Notes under the pieces: generated by a model
Database searches by the model: none
Told to the model about the DNA's origin: nothing
The model's input: only the letters and a program-made list of their open reading frames with translations
Translations under genes and position numbers: made by a program
In this document: piece after piece, positions 30,421 to 42,500 of the stretch
Layout: each line of letters opens with the position of its first letter
How positions within the stretch are numbered: position 1 is the stretch's first letter
DNA from: a virus
Taxonomy: Duplodnaviria; Heunggongvirae; Uroviricota; Caudoviricetes
Reading direction: 5' to 3' (one strand)
Length of the DNA stretch: 43,754 nt
IMG/VR virus record: IMGVR_UViG_2778261353_000008

Positions 30421-32974
30421 ACCGGTAGGCGATCTGGTCGTTGATTTAAGTCTGGATGCGGCCAGATTTGACGAGCAGATGGCCAGAGTCAGGCATCATT
30501 TTTCCGGTACGGAAACTGATGCGAAAAAAACAGCGGCAGTCGTTGAACAGTCGCTGAGCCGACAGGCGCTGGCTGCACAGAAAGCGGGGATTTCCGTCGG
30601 GCAGTATAAAGCCGCCATGCGTATGCTGCCTGCACAGTTCACCGACGTGGCCACGCAGCTTGCAGGCGGGCAAAGCCCGTGGCTGATCCTGCTGCAACAG
30701 GGTGGTCAGGTTAAGGACTCCTTCGGCGGGATGATCCCCATGTTCCGGGGGCTTGCCGGTGCGATCACCCTGCCGATGGTCGGGGCCACCTCGCTGGCGG
30801 TGGCGACCGGTGCGCTGGCGTATGCCTGGTATCAGGGTAACTCAACCCTGTCCGATTTCAACAAAACGCTGGTCCTTTCCGGTAATCAGTCGGGTCTGAC
30901 GGCAGATCGTATGCTGGTCCTGTCCAGAGCCGGGCAGGCGGCAGGGCTGACGTTTAACCAGACCAGCGAGTCACTCAGTGCACTGGTTAAGGCGGGGGTA
31001 AGCGGTGAGGCTCAGATTGCGTCCATCAGCCAGAGTGTGGCGCGTTTCTCTTCTGCATCCGGTGTGGAGGTGGACAAGGTCGCTGAAGCCTTCGGGAAGC
31101 TGACCACTGACCCGACGTCGGGGCTGACGGCGATGGCGCGCCAGTTCCATAACGTGACGGCGGAGCAGATTGCGTATGTTGCTCAGTTGCAGCGTTCCGG
31201 CGATGAAGCCGGGGCATTGCAGGCGGCGAACGAAGCCGCAACGAAAGGGTTTGATGACCAGACCCGCCGCCTGAAAGAGAACATGGGCACGCTGGAGACC
31301 TGGGCAGACAGGACAGCGCGGGCATTCAAATCCATGTGGGATGCGGTGCTGGATATTGGTCGTCCTGATACCGCGCAGGAGATGCTGATTAAGGCAGAGG
31401 CTGCGTTTAAGAAAGCAGACGACATCTGGAATCTGCGCAAGGATGATTATTTTGTTAACGATGAAGCGCGGGCGCGTTACTGGGATGATCGTGAAAAGGC
31501 CCGTCTTGCGCTTGAAGCCGCCCGAAAGAAGGCTGAGCAGCAGACTCAACAGGACAAAAATGCGCAGCAGCAGAGCGATACCGAAGCGTCACGGCTGAAA
31601 TATACCGAAGAGGCGCAGAAGGCTTACGAACGGCTGCAGACGCCGCTGGAGAAATATACCGCCCGTCAGGAAGAACTGAACAAGGCACTGAAAGACGGGA
31701 AAATCCTGCAGGCGGATTACAACACGCTGATGGCGGCGGCGAAAAAGGATTATGAAGCGACGCTGAAAAAGCCGAAACAGTCCGGCGTGAAGGTGTCTGC
31801 GGGCGATCGTCAGGAAGACAGTGCTCATGCTGCCCTGCTGACGCTTCAGGCAGAACTCCGGACGCTGGAGAAGCATGCCGGAGCGAATGAGAAAATCAGC
31901 CAGCAGCGCCGGGATTTGTGGAAGGCGGAGAGTCAGTTCGCGGTACTGGAGGAGGCGGCGCAACGTCGCCAGCTGTCTGCACAGGAGAAATCCCTGCTGG
32001 CGCATAAAGATGAGACGCTGGAGTACAAACGCCAGCTGGCTGCACTTGGCGACAAGGTTACGTATCAGGAGCGCCTGAACGCGCTGGCGCAGCAGGCGGA
32101 TAAATTCGCACAGCAGCAACGGGCAAAACGGGCCGCCATTGATGCGAAAAGCCGGGGGCTGACTGACCGGCAGGCAGAACGGGAAGCCACGGAACAGCGC
32201 CTGAAGGAACAGTATGGCGATAATCCGCTGGCGCTGAATAACGTCATGTCAGAGCAGAAAAAGACCTGGGCGGCTGAAGACCAGCTTCGCGGGAGCTGGA
32301 TGGCAGGCCTGAAGTCCGGCTGGAGTGAGTGGGAAGAGAGCGCCACGGACAGTATGTCGCAGGTTAAAAGTGCAGCCACGCAGACCTTTGATGGTATTGC
32401 ACAGAATATGGCGGCGATGCTGACCGGCAGTGAGCAGAACTGGCGCAGCTTCACCCGTTCCGTGCTGTCCATGATGACAGAAATTCTGCTTAAGCAGGCA
32501 ATGGTGGGGATTGTCGGGAGTATCGGCAGCGCCATTGGCGGTGCTGCCAGTGGTGGAGCATCCGCGTCAGGCGGTACAGCCATTCAGGCCGCTGCGGCGA
32601 AATTCCATTTTGCGACCGGGGGATTTACGGGAACCGGCGGCAAATATGAGCCAGCGGGGATTGTTCACCGTGGTGAATTTGTCTTCACGAAGGAGGCAAC
32701 CAGCCGGATTGGTGTCGGCAACCTGTACCGCCTGATGCGCGGCTATGCCACCGGCGGTTATGTCGGTACACCGGGCAGCATGGCAGACAGCCGGTCGCAG
32801 GCGTCCGGGACGTTTGAGCAGAATAACCATGTGGTGATTAACAACGACGGCACGAACGGGCAGATAGGTCCGGCTGCTCTGAAGGCGGTGTATGACATGG
32901 CCCGCAAGGGTGCCCGTGATGAAATTCAGACACAGATGCGTGATGGTGGCCTGTTCTCCGGAGGTGGACGATGA
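30413..32974 (+). CDS. H: Tape measure protein H
   Basis: 853 aa matching lambda gpH. Confidence 0.96.
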   Translation: MAEPVGDLVVDLSLDAARFDEQMARVRHHFSGTETDAKKTAAVVEQSLSRQALAAQKAGISVGQYKAAMRMLPAQFTDVATQLAGGQSPWLILLQQGGQVKDSFGGMIPMFRGLAGAITLPMVGATSLAVATGALAYAWYQGNSTLSDFNKTLVLSGNQSGLTADRMLVLSRAGQAAGLTFNQTSESLSALVKAGVSGEAQIASISQSVARFSSASGVEVDKVAEAFGKLTTDPTSGLTAMARQFHNVTAEQIAYVAQLQRSGDEAGALQAANEAATKGFDDQTRRLKENMGTLETWADRTARAFKSMWDAVLDIGRPDTAQEMLIKAEAAFKKADDIWNLRKDDYFVNDEARARYWDDREKARLALEAARKKAEQQTQQDKNAQQQSDTEASRLKYTEEAQKAYERLQTPLEKYTARQEELNKALKDGKILQADYNTLMAAAKKDYEATLKKPKQSGVKVSAGDRQEDSAHAALLTLQAELRTLEKHAGANEKISQQRRDLWKAESQFAVLEEAAQRRQLSAQEKSLLAHKDETLEYKRQLAALGDKVTYQERLNALAQQADKFAQQQRAKRAAIDAKSRGLTDRQAEREATEQRLKEQYGDNPLALNNVMSEQKKTWAAEDQLRGSWMAGLKSGWSEWEESATDSMSQVKSAATQTFDGIAQNMAAMLTGSEQNWRSFTRSVLSMMTEILLKQAMVGIVGSIGSAIGGAASGGASASGGTAIQAAAAKFHFATGGFTGTGGKYEPAGIVHRGEFVFTKEATSRIGVGNLYRLMRGYATGGYVGTPGSMADSRSQASGTFEQNNHVVINNDGTNGQIGPAALKAVYDMARKGARDEIQTQMRDGGLFSGGGR

Positions 32975-33300
32975 AGACCTTCCGCTGGAAAGTGAAACCC
33001 GGTATGGATGTGGCTTCGGTCCCTTCTGTAAGAAAGGTGCGCTTTGGTGATGGCTATTCCCAGCGAGCGCCTGCCGGGATGAATGCCAACCTGAAAACGT
33101 ACAGCGTGACGCTTTCTGTCCCCCGTGAGGAGGCCACGGTACTGGAGTCGTTTCTGGAAGAGCACGGGGGCTGGAAATCCTTTCTGTGGACGCCGCCTTA
33201 TGAGTGGCGGCAGATAAAGGTGACCTGCGCAAAATGGTCGTCGCGGGTCAGTATGCTGCGTGTTGAGTTCAGCGCAGAGTTTGAACAGGTGGTGAACTGA
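32971..33300 (+). CDS. M: Minor tail protein M
   Basis: 109 aa matching lambda gpM. Confidence 0.93.
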   Translation: MKTFRWKVKPGMDVASVPSVRKVRFGDGYSQRAPAGMNANLKTYSVTLSVPREEATVLESFLEEHGGWKSFLWTPPYEWRQIKVTCAKWSSRVSMLRVEFSAEFEQVVN

Positions 33301-33998
33301 TGCAGGATATCCGACAGGAAACACTGAATGAATGCACCCGTGCGGAGCAGTCGGCCAGCGTGGTGCTCTGGGAAATCGACCTGACAGAGGTCGGTGGAGA
33401 ACGTTATTTTTTCTGTAATGAGCAGAACGAAAAAGGTGAGCCGGTCACCTGGCAGGGGCGACAGTATCAGCCGTATCCCATTCAGGGGAGCGGTTTTGAA
33501 CTGAATGGCAAAGGCACCAGTACGCGCCCCACGCTGACGGTTTCTAACCTGTACGGTATGGTCACCGGGATGGCGGAAGATATGCAGAGTCTGGTCGGCG
33601 GAACGGTGGTCCGGCGTAAGGTTTACGCCCGTTTTCTGGATGCGGTGAACTTCGTCAACGGAAACAGTTATGCCGATCCGGAGCAGGAGGTGATCAGCCG
33701 CTGGCGCATTGAGCAGTGCAGCGAACTGAGCGCGGTGAGTGCCTCCTTTGTACTGTCCACGCCGACGGAAACGGATGGCGCTGTTTTTCCGGGACGTATC
33801 ATGCTGGCCAACACCTGCACCTGGACCTATCGCGGTGACGAGTGCGGTTATAGCGGTCCGGCTGTCGCGGATGAATATGACCAGCCAACGTCCGATATCA
33901 CGAAGGATAAATGCAGCAAATGCCTGAGCGGTTGTAAGTTCCGCAATAACGTCGGCAACTTTGGCGGCTTCCTTTCCATTAACAAACTTTCGCAGTAA
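33300..33998 (+). CDS. L: Minor tail protein L
   Basis: 232 aa matching lambda gpL. Confidence 0.95.
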   Translation: MQDIRQETLNECTRAEQSASVVLWEIDLTEVGGERYFFCNEQNEKGEPVTWQGRQYQPYPIQGSGFELNGKGTSTRPTLTVSNLYGMVTGMAEDMQSLVGGTVVRRKVYARFLDAVNFVNGNSYADPEQEVISRWRIEQCSELSAVSASFVLSTPTETDGAVFPGRIMLANTCTWTYRGDECGYSGPAVADEYDQPTSDITKDKCSKCLSGCKFRNNVGNFGGFLSINKLSQ

Positions 33999-34003
33999 AT
34001 CCC

Positions 34004-34747
34004 ATGACACAGACAGAATCAGCGATTCTGGCGCACGCCCGGCGATGTGCGCCAGCGGAGTCGTGCGGCTTCGTGGTAAGCACGCCGGAGGGGGAAAGAT
34101 ATTTTCCCTGCGTGAATATCTCCGGTGAGCCGGAGGCGTATTTCCGTATGTCGCCGGAAGACTGGCTGCAGGCAGAAATGCAGGGTGAGATTGTGGCGCT
34201 GGTCCACAGCCACCCCGGTGGTCTGCCCTGGCTGAGTGAGGCCGACCGGCGGCTGCAGGTGCAGAGTGATTTGCCGTGGTGGCTGGTCTGCCGGGGGACG
34301 ATTCATAAGTTCCGCTGTGTGCCGCATCTCACCGGGCGGCGCTTTGAGCACGGTGTGACGGACTGTTACACACTGTTCCGGGATGCTTATCATCTGGCGG
34401 GGATTGAGATGCCGGACTTTCATCGTGAGGATGACTGGTGGCGTAACGGCCAGAATCTCTATCTGGATAATCTGGAGGCCACAGGGCTGTATCAGGTGCC
34501 GTTGTCATCAGCACAACCGGGCGATGTGCTGCTGTGCTGTTTTGGTTCATCGGTGCCGAATCATGCCGCCATTTACTGTGGTGATGGCGAGCTGCTGCAC
34601 CATATTCCTGAACAACTGAGCAAACGAGAGAGGTATACCGACAAATGGCAGCGACGCACACACTCCCTCTGGCGTCACCGGGCATGGCGCGCATCTGCCT
34701 TTACGGGGATTTACAACGATTTGGCCGCCGCATCGACCTTCGTGTGA
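34004..34747 (+). CDS. K: Tail assembly protein K (JAB/MPN plus NlpC/P60-like)
   Basis: HSHPGG JAMM-like motif; matches lambda gpK; start taken from the long ORF (the classical lambda annotation starts later in the same frame). Confidence 0.85.
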   Translation: MTQTESAILAHARRCAPAESCGFVVSTPEGERYFPCVNISGEPEAYFRMSPEDWLQAEMQGEIVALVHSHPGGLPWLSEADRRLQVQSDLPWWLVCRGTIHKFRCVPHLTGRRFEHGVTDCYTLFRDAYHLAGIEMPDFHREDDWWRNGQNLYLDNLEATGLYQVPLSSAQPGDVLLCCFGSSVPNHAAIYCGDGELLHHIPEQLSKRERYTDKWQRRTHSLWRHRAWRASAFTGIYNDLAAASTFV

Positions 34748-35316
34748 AAACGGGGGCTGAAGCCATCCGCGCACTGGCCACACAGCTCCCGGCGTTTCGT
34801 CAGAAACTGAGCGACGGCTGGTATCAGGTACGGATTGCCGGGCAGGATGTCAGCACGTCCGGATTAACGGCGCAGTTACATGAGACTCTGCCTGATGGCG
34901 CTGTGATTCATATTGTTCCCAGAGTCGCCGGGGCCAAGTCAGGTGGCGTATTCCAGATTGTCCTGGGGGCTGCCGCCATTGCCGGATCATTCTTTACCGC
35001 CGGGGCCACCCTTGCAGCATGGGGGGCAGCCATTGGGGCCGGTGGTATGACCGGCATCCTGTTTTCTCTCGGTGCCAGTATGGTGCTCGGTGGTGTGGCG
35101 CAGATGCTGGCACCGAAAGCCAGAACTCCCCGTACACAGACAACGGATAACGGCAAACAGAACACCTATTTCTCCTCACTGGATAACATGGTTGCCCAGG
35201 GCAATGTTCTGCCGGTTCTGTACGGTGAAATGCGCGTGGGGTCGCGGGTGGTCTCTCAGGAGATCAGCACGGCAGACGAAGGGGACGGTGGTCAGGTTGT
35301 GGTGATTGGTCGCTGA
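34645..35316 (+). CDS. I: Tail assembly protein I
   Basis: 223 aa matching lambda gpI. Confidence 0.93.
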   Translation: MAATHTLPLASPGMARICLYGDLQRFGRRIDLRVKTGAEAIRALATQLPAFRQKLSDGWYQVRIAGQDVSTSGLTAQLHETLPDGAVIHIVPRVAGAKSGGVFQIVLGAAAIAGSFFTAGATLAAWGAAIGAGGMTGILFSLGASMVLGGVAQMLAPKARTPRTQTTDNGKQNTYFSSLDNMVAQGNVLPVLYGEMRVGSRVVSQEISTADEGDGGQVVVIGR

Positions 35317-35375
35317 TGAAAAACGTTTATGTGAAACCGCCTCCGGGCGGTTTTGTCGTTTATGGAGCGTGAGGA

Positions 35376-38300
35376 ATGGGTAAAGGCAGCAGTAAGGGGC
35401 ATACTCCGCGCGAAGCGAAGGACAACCTGAAGTCCACGCAGTTGCTGAGTGTGATCGATGCCATCAGCGAAGGGCCGGTTGAAGGTCCGGTGGATGGATT
35501 AAAAAGCGTGCTGCTGAACAGTACGCCAGTGCTGGACAGTGAGGGGAATACCAATATCTCCGGCGTCACGGTGGTGTTCCGGGCCGGTGAGCAGGAGCAG
35601 ACACCGCCGGAGGGATTTGAATCCTCCGGCTCCGAGACGGTGCTGGGTACGGAAGTGAAATACGACACGCCGATCACCCGGACCATCACGTCGGCAAACA
35701 TTGACCGACTGCGTTTTACCTTCGGCGTGCAGGCACTGGTGGAAACCACCTCAAAGGGGGACAGGAATCCGTCGGAAGTCCGCCTGCTGGTTCAGATCCA
35801 GCGTAATGGTGGCTGGGTGACGGAAAAAGACATCACCATTAAGGGCAAAACCACCTCGCAGTATCTGGCCTCGGTGGTGGTGGGTAACCTGCCGCCGCGC
35901 CCGTTCAATATCCGGATGCGCAGGATGACGCCGGACAGCACCACAGACCAGCTGCAGAACAAAACGCTCTGGTCGTCATACACCGAAATCATCGATGTGA
36001 AACAGGGCTACCCGAACACGGCACTGGTCGGCGTGCAGGTGGATTCGGAGCAGTTCGGCAGCCAGCAGGTGAGCCGTAATTATCATCTGCGCGGGCGCAT
36101 TCTGCAGGTGCCGTCGAGCTATAACCCGCAGACGCGGCAATACAGCGGTATCTGGGACGGAACGTTTAAGCCGGCATACAGCAACAACATGGCCTGGTGT
36201 CTGTGGGATATGCTGACCCATCCGCGCTACGGCATGGGGAAACGTCTTGGTGCGGCGGATGTGGACAAATGGGCGCTGTATGTCATCGGCCAGCATTGCG
36301 ATCAGTCGGTGCCGGACGGTTTTGGCGGCACGGAGCCGCGCATCACCTGTAATGCGTACCTGACCACACAGCGCAAGGCGTGGGATGTGCTCAGTGATTT
36401 CTGCTCTGCGATGCGCTGTATGCCGGTATGGAACGGGCAGACGCTGACGTTCGTGCAGGACCGACCGTCGGATAAGGTGTGGACCTATAACCGCAGTAAT
36501 GTGGTGATGCCGGATGATGGTGCGCCGTTCCGCTACAGCTTCAGCGCCCTGAAGGACCGCCATAATGCCGTTGAGGTGAACTGGATTGACCCGAATAACG
36601 GCTGGGAGACGGCGACAGAGCTTGTGGAGGACACGCAGGCCATTGCCCGTTACGGTCGTAACGTCACGAAGATGGATGCTTTTGGCTGTACCAGCCGGGG
36701 GCAGGCACACCGCGCCGGGCTGTGGCTGATTAAAACAGAACTGCTGGAAACGCAGACCGTGGACTTCAGCGTGGGTGCCGAAGGGCTTCGCCATGTACCG
36801 GGCGATGTCATTGAAATCTGCGATGATGACTATGCCGGTATCCGCACCGGCGGGCGCGTGCTGGCGGTAAACAGCCAGACCCGGACGCTGACGCTCGACC
36901 GTGAAATCACGCTGCCATCTTCCGGCACCACGCTGATAAGCCTGGTTGACGGGCAGGGGAGTCCGGTCAGCGTGGAGGTTCAGTCCGTCACCGACGGCGT
37001 GAAGGTGAAAGTGAGCCGTGTTCCTGACGGCGTTGCTGAATACAGCGTATGGGGGCTGAAGCTGCCGACGCTGCGCCAGCGCCTGTTCCGCTGCGTGAGT
37101 ATCCGTGAGAACGACGACGGCACGTATGCCATCACCGCCGTGCAGCATGTACCGGAAAAAGAGGCCATCGTGGATAACGGGGCGCACTTTGACGGCGACC
37201 AGAGCGGCACGGTAAATGGTGTCACGCCGCCAGCGGTGCAGCACCTGACCGCAGAAGTCACCGCAGACAGCGGGGAATACCAGGTGCTGGCCCGCTGGGA
37301 CACGCCGAAGGTGGTGAAGGGCGTGAGCTTCCTGCTTCGCCTGACCGTGGCAGCGGATGACGGCCGTGAGCGGCTGGTCAGCACGGCCCGGACGACGGAA
37401 ACCACTTACCGCTTCACACAACTGGCTCTGGGGAACTACAGGCTGACAGTCCGGGCAGTAAATGCGTGGGGGCAGCAGGGCGATCCGGCGTCGGTATCGT
37501 TCCGGATTGCCGCACCGGCAGCGCCGTCGCGGATTGAGCTGACGCCGGGCTATTTTCAGATAACCGCCACGCCGCATCTTGCGGTTTATGACCCGACGGT
37601 ACAGTTTGAGTTCTGGTTCTCGGAAAAACGGATTGCGGATATCAGGCAGGTTGAAACCAGCGCGCGTTATCTTGGTACGGCACTGTACTGGATAGCCGCC
37701 AGTATCAATATCAAACCGGGCCATGATTATTATTTTTACGTTCGCAGTGTGAACACCGTTGGCAAATCGGCATTCGTGGAGGCTGTCGGTCAGCCGAGTG
37801 ATGATGCATCAGGCTATCTGGATTTTTTCAAAGGAGAAATCGGGAAAACACATCTGGCCCAGGAGCTGTGGACGCAGATTGATAACGGTCAGCTTGCGCC
37901 GGACCTGGCTGAAATCAGGACGTCCATTACGAATGTCAGCAATGAAATCACGCAGACCGTCAATAAAAAACTGGAAAATCAGAGTGCGGCAATCCAGCAG
38001 ATACAGAAAGTTCAGGTTGATACAAATAATAACCTGAACAGCATGTGGGCCGTGAAACTGCAGCAGATGCAGGACGGACGCCTTTATATTGCGGGTATCG
38101 GTGCCGGTATTGAGAATACGCCAGCAGGAATGCAGAGTCAGGTGCTGCTGGCGGCAGACAGGATTGCGATGATTAATCCTGCGAATGGCAACACAAAGCC
38201 GATGTTTGTTGGTCAGGGCGATCAGATATTTATGAATGAAGTGTTCCTGAAATATCTGACGGCTCCCACCATTACCAGCGGCGGTAATCCTCCGGCATTT

Positions 38301-38855
38301 TCCCTGACACCGGACGGGCGGCTGACGGCGAAAAATGCCGATATCAGCGGTAACGTGAATGCGAACTCCGGGACGCTCAACAACGTCACGATTAACGAGA
38401 ACTGTCGGGTTCTGGGAAAATTGTCCGCGAACCAGATTGAAGGCGATCTCGTTAAAACAGTGGGCAAAGCTTTCCCCCGGGACTCCCGTGCACCGGAGCG
38501 GTGGCCATCAGGAACCATTACCGTCAGGGTTTATGACGATCAGCCGTTTGACCGGCAGATTGTTATTCCGGCGGTGGCATTCAGCGGCGCTAAACATGAG
38601 AAAGAGCATACTGATATTTACTCCTCATGCCGTCTGATAGTGCGGAAAAACGGTGCTGAAATTTATAACCGTACCGCGCTGGATAATACGCTGATTTACA
38701 GTGGTGTTATTGATATGCCTGCCGGTCACGGTCACATGACACTGGAGTTTTCGGTGTCAGCATGGCTGGTAAATAACTGGTATCCCACAGCAAGTATCAG
38801 CGATTTGCTGGTTGTGGTGATGAAGAAAGCCACTGCAGGCATCACGATTAGCTGA
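35376..38855 (+). CDS. J: Tail tip / host-specificity protein J; N-terminal ~800 aa lambda-like, C-terminal receptor-binding region divergent
   Basis: 1159 aa (lambda J is 1132 aa); lambda-like up to about ...[21 protein letters not shown], then diverges apart from a conserved [20 protein letters not shown] block. Confidence 0.92.
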   Translation: MGKGSSKGHTPREAKDNLKSTQLLSVIDAISEGPVEGPVDGLKSVLLNSTPVLDSEGNTNISGVTVVFRAGEQEQTPPEGFESSGSETVLGTEVKYDTPITRTITSANIDRLRFTFGVQALVETTSKGDRNPSEVRLLVQIQRNGGWVTEKDITIKGKTTSQYLASVVVGNLPPRPFNIRMRRMTPDSTTDQLQNKTLWSSYTEIIDVKQGYPNTALVGVQVDSEQFGSQQVSRNYHLRGRILQVPSSYNPQTRQYSGIWDGTFKPAYSNNMAWCLWDMLTHPRYGMGKRLGAADVDKWALYVIGQHCDQSVPDGFGGTEPRITCNAYLTTQRKAWDVLSDFCSAMRCMPVWNGQTLTFVQDRPSDKVWTYNRSNVVMPDDGAPFRYSFSALKDRHNAVEVNWIDPNNGWETATELVEDTQAIARYGRNVTKMDAFGCTSRGQAHRAGLWLIKTELLETQTVDFSVGAEGLRHVPGDVIEICDDDYAGIRTGGRVLAVNSQTRTLTLDREITLPSSGTTLISLVDGQGSPVSVEVQSVTDGVKVKVSRVPDGVAEYSVWGLKLPTLRQRLFRCVSIRENDDGTYAITAVQHVPEKEAIVDNGAHFDGDQSGTVNGVTPPAVQHLTAEVTADSGEYQVLARWDTPKVVKGVSFLLRLTVAADDGRERLVSTARTTETTYRFTQLALGNYRLTVRAVNAWGQQGDPASVSFRIAAPAAPSRIELTPGYFQITATPHLAVYDPTVQFEFWFSEKRIADIRQVETSARYLGTALYWIAASINIKPGHDYYFYVRSVNTVGKSAFVEAVGQPSDDASGYLDFFKGEIGKTHLAQELWTQIDNGQLAPDLAEIRTSITNVSNEITQTVNKKLENQSAAIQQIQKVQVDTNNNLNSMWAVKLQQMQDGRLYIAGIGAGIENTPAGMQSQVLLAADRIAMINPANGNTKPMFVGQGDQIFMNEVFLKYLTAPTITSGGNPPAFSLTPDGRLTAKNADISGNVNANSGTLNNVTINENCRVLGKLSANQIEGDLVKTVGKAFPRDSRAPERWPSGTITVRVYDDQPFDRQIVIPAVAFSGAKHEKEHTDIYSSCRLIVRKNGAEIYNRTALDNTLIYSGVIDMPAGHGHMTLEFSVSAWLVNNWYPTASISDLLVVVMKKATAGITIS

Positions 38856-38874
38856 ATTTTATAACCCAGATACG

Positions 38875-38898
38875 GGCGCCAGAAATGGCGCCTTTTTT
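38875..38898 (+). terminator. Rho-independent terminator between J and lom
   Basis: GGCGCC-AGAAAT-GGCGCC hairpin followed by TTTTTT. Confidence 0.6.
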
Positions 38899-38922
38899 AT
38901 TGCAGAAAAGCGAGAGGTAATT

Positions 38923-39522
38923 ATGCGTAAATTATGTGCTGTTATTTTGTCCGCAGTAGTCTGGCAGGTCGCCGCTGCTACGCCAGCGAGTGCAGCAGAA
39001 CATCAGTCCACGCTGAGCGCGGGGTATCTCCATGCCTCGACGAACGTTCCCGGTAGTGATGATCTGAACGGGATTAACGTGAAATACCGTTATGAGTTTA
39101 CGGACGCGCTGGGGCTGGTGACGTCATTCAGCTATGCAGGAGACAAGAATCGCCAGCTGACCCGTTACAGCGATACCCGCTGGCATGAAGATTCCGTTCG
39201 TAACCGCTGGTTCAGCGTAATGGCGGGGCCGTCTGTGCGCGTGAATGAATGGTTCAGCGCGTATGCGATGGCGGGTGTAGCTTACAGCCGTGTGTCGACT
39301 TTCTCCGGGGATTATCTTCGCGTAACTGACAACAAGGGGAAAAAGCACGATGTGCTGACCGGAAGTGATGACGGTCGCCACAGCAACACGTCTCTGGCGT
39401 GGGGGGCTGGCGTGCAGTTTAACCCGACCGAATCCGTGGCCATTGATATTGCTTATGAAGGCTCCGGCAGTGGTGACTGGCGCACTGACGGTTTCATCGT
39501 GGGTGTCGGTTATAAATTCTGA
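38923..39522 (+). CDS. lom: Lom/Ail-family outer membrane protein
   Basis: 199 aa with signal peptide and C-terminal beta-barrel ending ...GSGSGDWRTDGFIVGVGYKF as in lambda Lom; same position as lambda lom but divergent sequence. Confidence 0.85.
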   Translation: MRKLCAVILSAVVWQVAAATPASAAEHQSTLSAGYLHASTNVPGSDDLNGINVKYRYEFTDALGLVTSFSYAGDKNRQLTRYSDTRWHEDSVRNRWFSVMAGPSVRVNEWFSAYAMAGVAYSRVSTFSGDYLRVTDNKGKKHDVLTGSDDGRHSNTSLAWGAGVQFNPTESVAIDIAYEGSGSGDWRTDGFIVGVGYKF

Positions 39523-39550
39523 TTAGCCAGGTAACACAGTGTTATGACAG

Positions 39551-39576
39551 CCCGCCGGTTCAGGCGGGCTTTTTTG
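39551..39576 (+). terminator. Rho-independent terminator after lom
   Basis: GCCCGCC-GGTTCA-GGCGGGC hairpin followed by TTTTTT. Confidence 0.7.
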
Positions 39577-39580
39577 TGGG

Positions 39581-42500
39581 GTGAATATGGCAGTAAAGAT
39601 TTCAGGTGTACTGAAAGACGGTGCAGGTAAACCGGTACAGAACTGTACAATCCAGCTGAAAGCAAAACGTAACAGCACCACGGTGGTGGTGAACACGGTG
39701 GCCTCAGAAAATCCGGATGAAGCCGGGCGTTACAGCATGGACGTTGAGTACGGTCAGTACAGCGTTATTCTGTTGGTGGAAGGATTCCCGCCGTCACATG
39801 CCGGGACCATCACCGTGTATGAAGATTCCCGACCCGGTACGCTGAATGATTTTCTCGGTGCCATGACGGAGGATGATGCCCGTCCGGAGGCTCTGCGCCG
39901 TTTTGAACTGATGGTGGAAGAGGTGGCGCGTAACGCGTCCGCGGTGGCACAGAACACGGCAGCCGCGAAGAAATCAGCCAGCGATGCCAGCACATCAGCC
40001 CGTGAGGCGGCAACCCATGCGACTGATGCTGCAGATTCAGCACGTGCAGCCAGCACGTCAGCCGGACAGGCCGCTTCGTCGGCTCAGTCAGCGTCTTCCA
40101 GCGCAGGAACGGCATCAACAAAGGCCACTGAAGCCTCAAAAAGTGCTGCCGCTGCAGAGTCCTCAAAAAGCGCGGCGGCTACCAGTGCCGGTGCGGCGAA
40201 AACGTCAGAAACGAATGCGGCAGCGTCACAACAATCAGCAGCCACTTCTGCATCCACCGCGACCACGAAAGCGTCAGAAGCTGCCACCTCAGCCCGGGAT
40301 GCGTCGGCCTCAAAAGAGGCAGCGAAATCATCAGAAACGAACGCATCATCAAGTGCCAGTAGTGCAGCTTCCTCGGCAACGGCGGCAGGAAATTCCGCGA
40401 AGGCCGCAAAAACGTCTGAGACGAATGCAGATAACAGCGCACAGGCGGCAGCAGACTCACAAACTGCATCAGCAAACTCCGCGACAGCAGCCAAAAAATC
40501 AGAAACCAACGCGAAAAATAGCGAGGCAGCAGCAAAGAGCAGCGAAACCAACGCTAAAGCCAGCGAAACTAATGCTAAATCCAGTGAAACAAACGCGGCG
40601 AAATCTGCGGCGGACGCACTTAATTATCGCAACCAGGCGCAAGTAATTGTTGGCGATAATATCGGTCTTGGTGAAGTTGCCATGACCTGCACTGATATCT
40701 CTGTTGAGCCATCAGGTTATATTGGATTTGTCAGGATTTACATCTCAGCGAAAGGTTATCCATCAGTAGCGTCTAGTGCCGGTGATAATCTTATTTCTGG
40801 TTATATAGTTAGATCAGAAGTGTCAACAAAAAGATATTCCGGTCTATTTGTTGGTTCAGATACAAAATCATTGTATTCGTACATTTACAGCCAAAGTTCT
40901 GGCCCGCAATGGATACGTCATACCCGCAGAGATGAATTAAGCCGCTTTGGTCAAAATGAATCAACAACTCGTATGTATGGTCCAACTGGTGATCGTTTCT
41001 TTGAAATCCATACTAACGGGAGTTGGGGAGTTTATGATTCTTCTTCTGGACAATGGTCTCCGTTAGGTTTAGCCCAGGGCGGTACTGGTGGAAGAACTAT
41101 CGAGCAAGCACGTGCGAACTTGCGGGTAATGTATGAGCAAAAAGCTGGCCTTGCTAATACTGACCTAAACACCCTTACCGGTGAATATTCTGGTTTCTAT
41201 CAACAACCAACGAGCGCTTACGCAACAGAAGAATTAAATTACCCAATCGGTCTGGCGGGCGCTTTAATAGTGCTCCAAACGAGAGCCAACACTGCTTCTT
41301 CCTGCGTTCAGGTGTACTACCCTTATAATAATCCGGGAATTACTTATAGACGAATATATGAAGGAGGAAGCGGTACCTGGTCTGAATGGAAGAGAGATGT
41401 ATCAACAGAAAGGGTTGAAGAGGGAAAAGAAACAACTTACGTATATTCTACGTATTCTTCAGGCGCACCACGCTTACAGGTTTCCAAATCTGGTTTGTGG
41501 GGTTGTCATAATGGCACTGGCTGGTTGCCATTAGCTGTTGGGCAAGGAGGTACAGGTGCGACAACAGTAGAAGATGCGCGAAACAACTTAAGTCTTGGCG
41601 AAAGTAGCGCAGTTAAATTTAAAAACCTTACTTTAACCGAAGCGCTCGACACGACATTAGGACTGCTTACAAAAACAGGACGAGACTGGAACACGCAGCA
41701 TACTGATAACATTAATAAATTTATACCAATTGCAGGCAGTACAAACGGCCCGGCAGGTTCTATGGTTCTTGGCGGCATTCATGTTCAATTTAGTAAAAAT
41801 TATGCTGTGCAGTTCGGAGGCCGCAATTCCGGTTTTTGGGGAAGAACAATTGAAAATGGAACGACGCAGGAATGGAAGAAATTACTAACAGTAGACGATC
41901 TCAATTCATCTACCGATCTTGCTGTCAGGTCATTAACCACATCTAACCCGGTAAAATCTGGCGGAGGGCGAATTGATGTCCTTGGAAGCACGTCAGACTA
42001 TAGCAAAATGGATTGCTTTGTACGTGGGTTTGATAGCACCGGTAATTCTCTCGCGTGGGCGTTGGGTTCATCAGTCGGCGTAAGTAAGATGCTGTCGCTA
42101 AAAAATTTCTTTAGCGGAGCTGAGATACTGTTAAATGGTAATGACGGCGCGGTTCAACTCAAAACAGGTGCTGTTAACGGGGCTAAAGCGCAGGCGCTCA
42201 CTATCAACAAGGATGAGGTTAACTCAACTGTTGATTTAACTCTTACAAAACAAACAGGGACTGGAAATCGTTTTGTTTTACAGAACTTAGGTAATACAGA
42301 ACTATCATTTGCCGCAAAAGTATGGGGATCAAGTGATCGACAAAACGTTTTTGAGGTTGGAACGTCTGCTGCGTATCTGTTTTATGCGCAAAAAACGTCA
42401 GCAGGCCAGTTGTTTGATGTAAATGGCGCTATTAATTGCACAACGCTGAATCAGTCATCAGACCGCGACCTTAAAGACGATATTCTCGTTATCAGCGACG

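Noticed and set aside
35976-37724. 582-aa ORF on the minus strand inside J
   Set aside because: Lies entirely antisense to the well-supported lambda-like J gene; Arg/Pro/Ala-rich low-complexity translation typical of a spurious open frame in GC-rich antisense sequence.
39950-40640. Highly repetitive Ala/Ser-rich stretch in stf considered as a possible CRISPR-like or minisatellite array
   Set aside because: Repeats are in-frame, degenerate and code for the K(S/T)SETNA shaft repeats known from lambda Stf; no spacer-repeat architecture.
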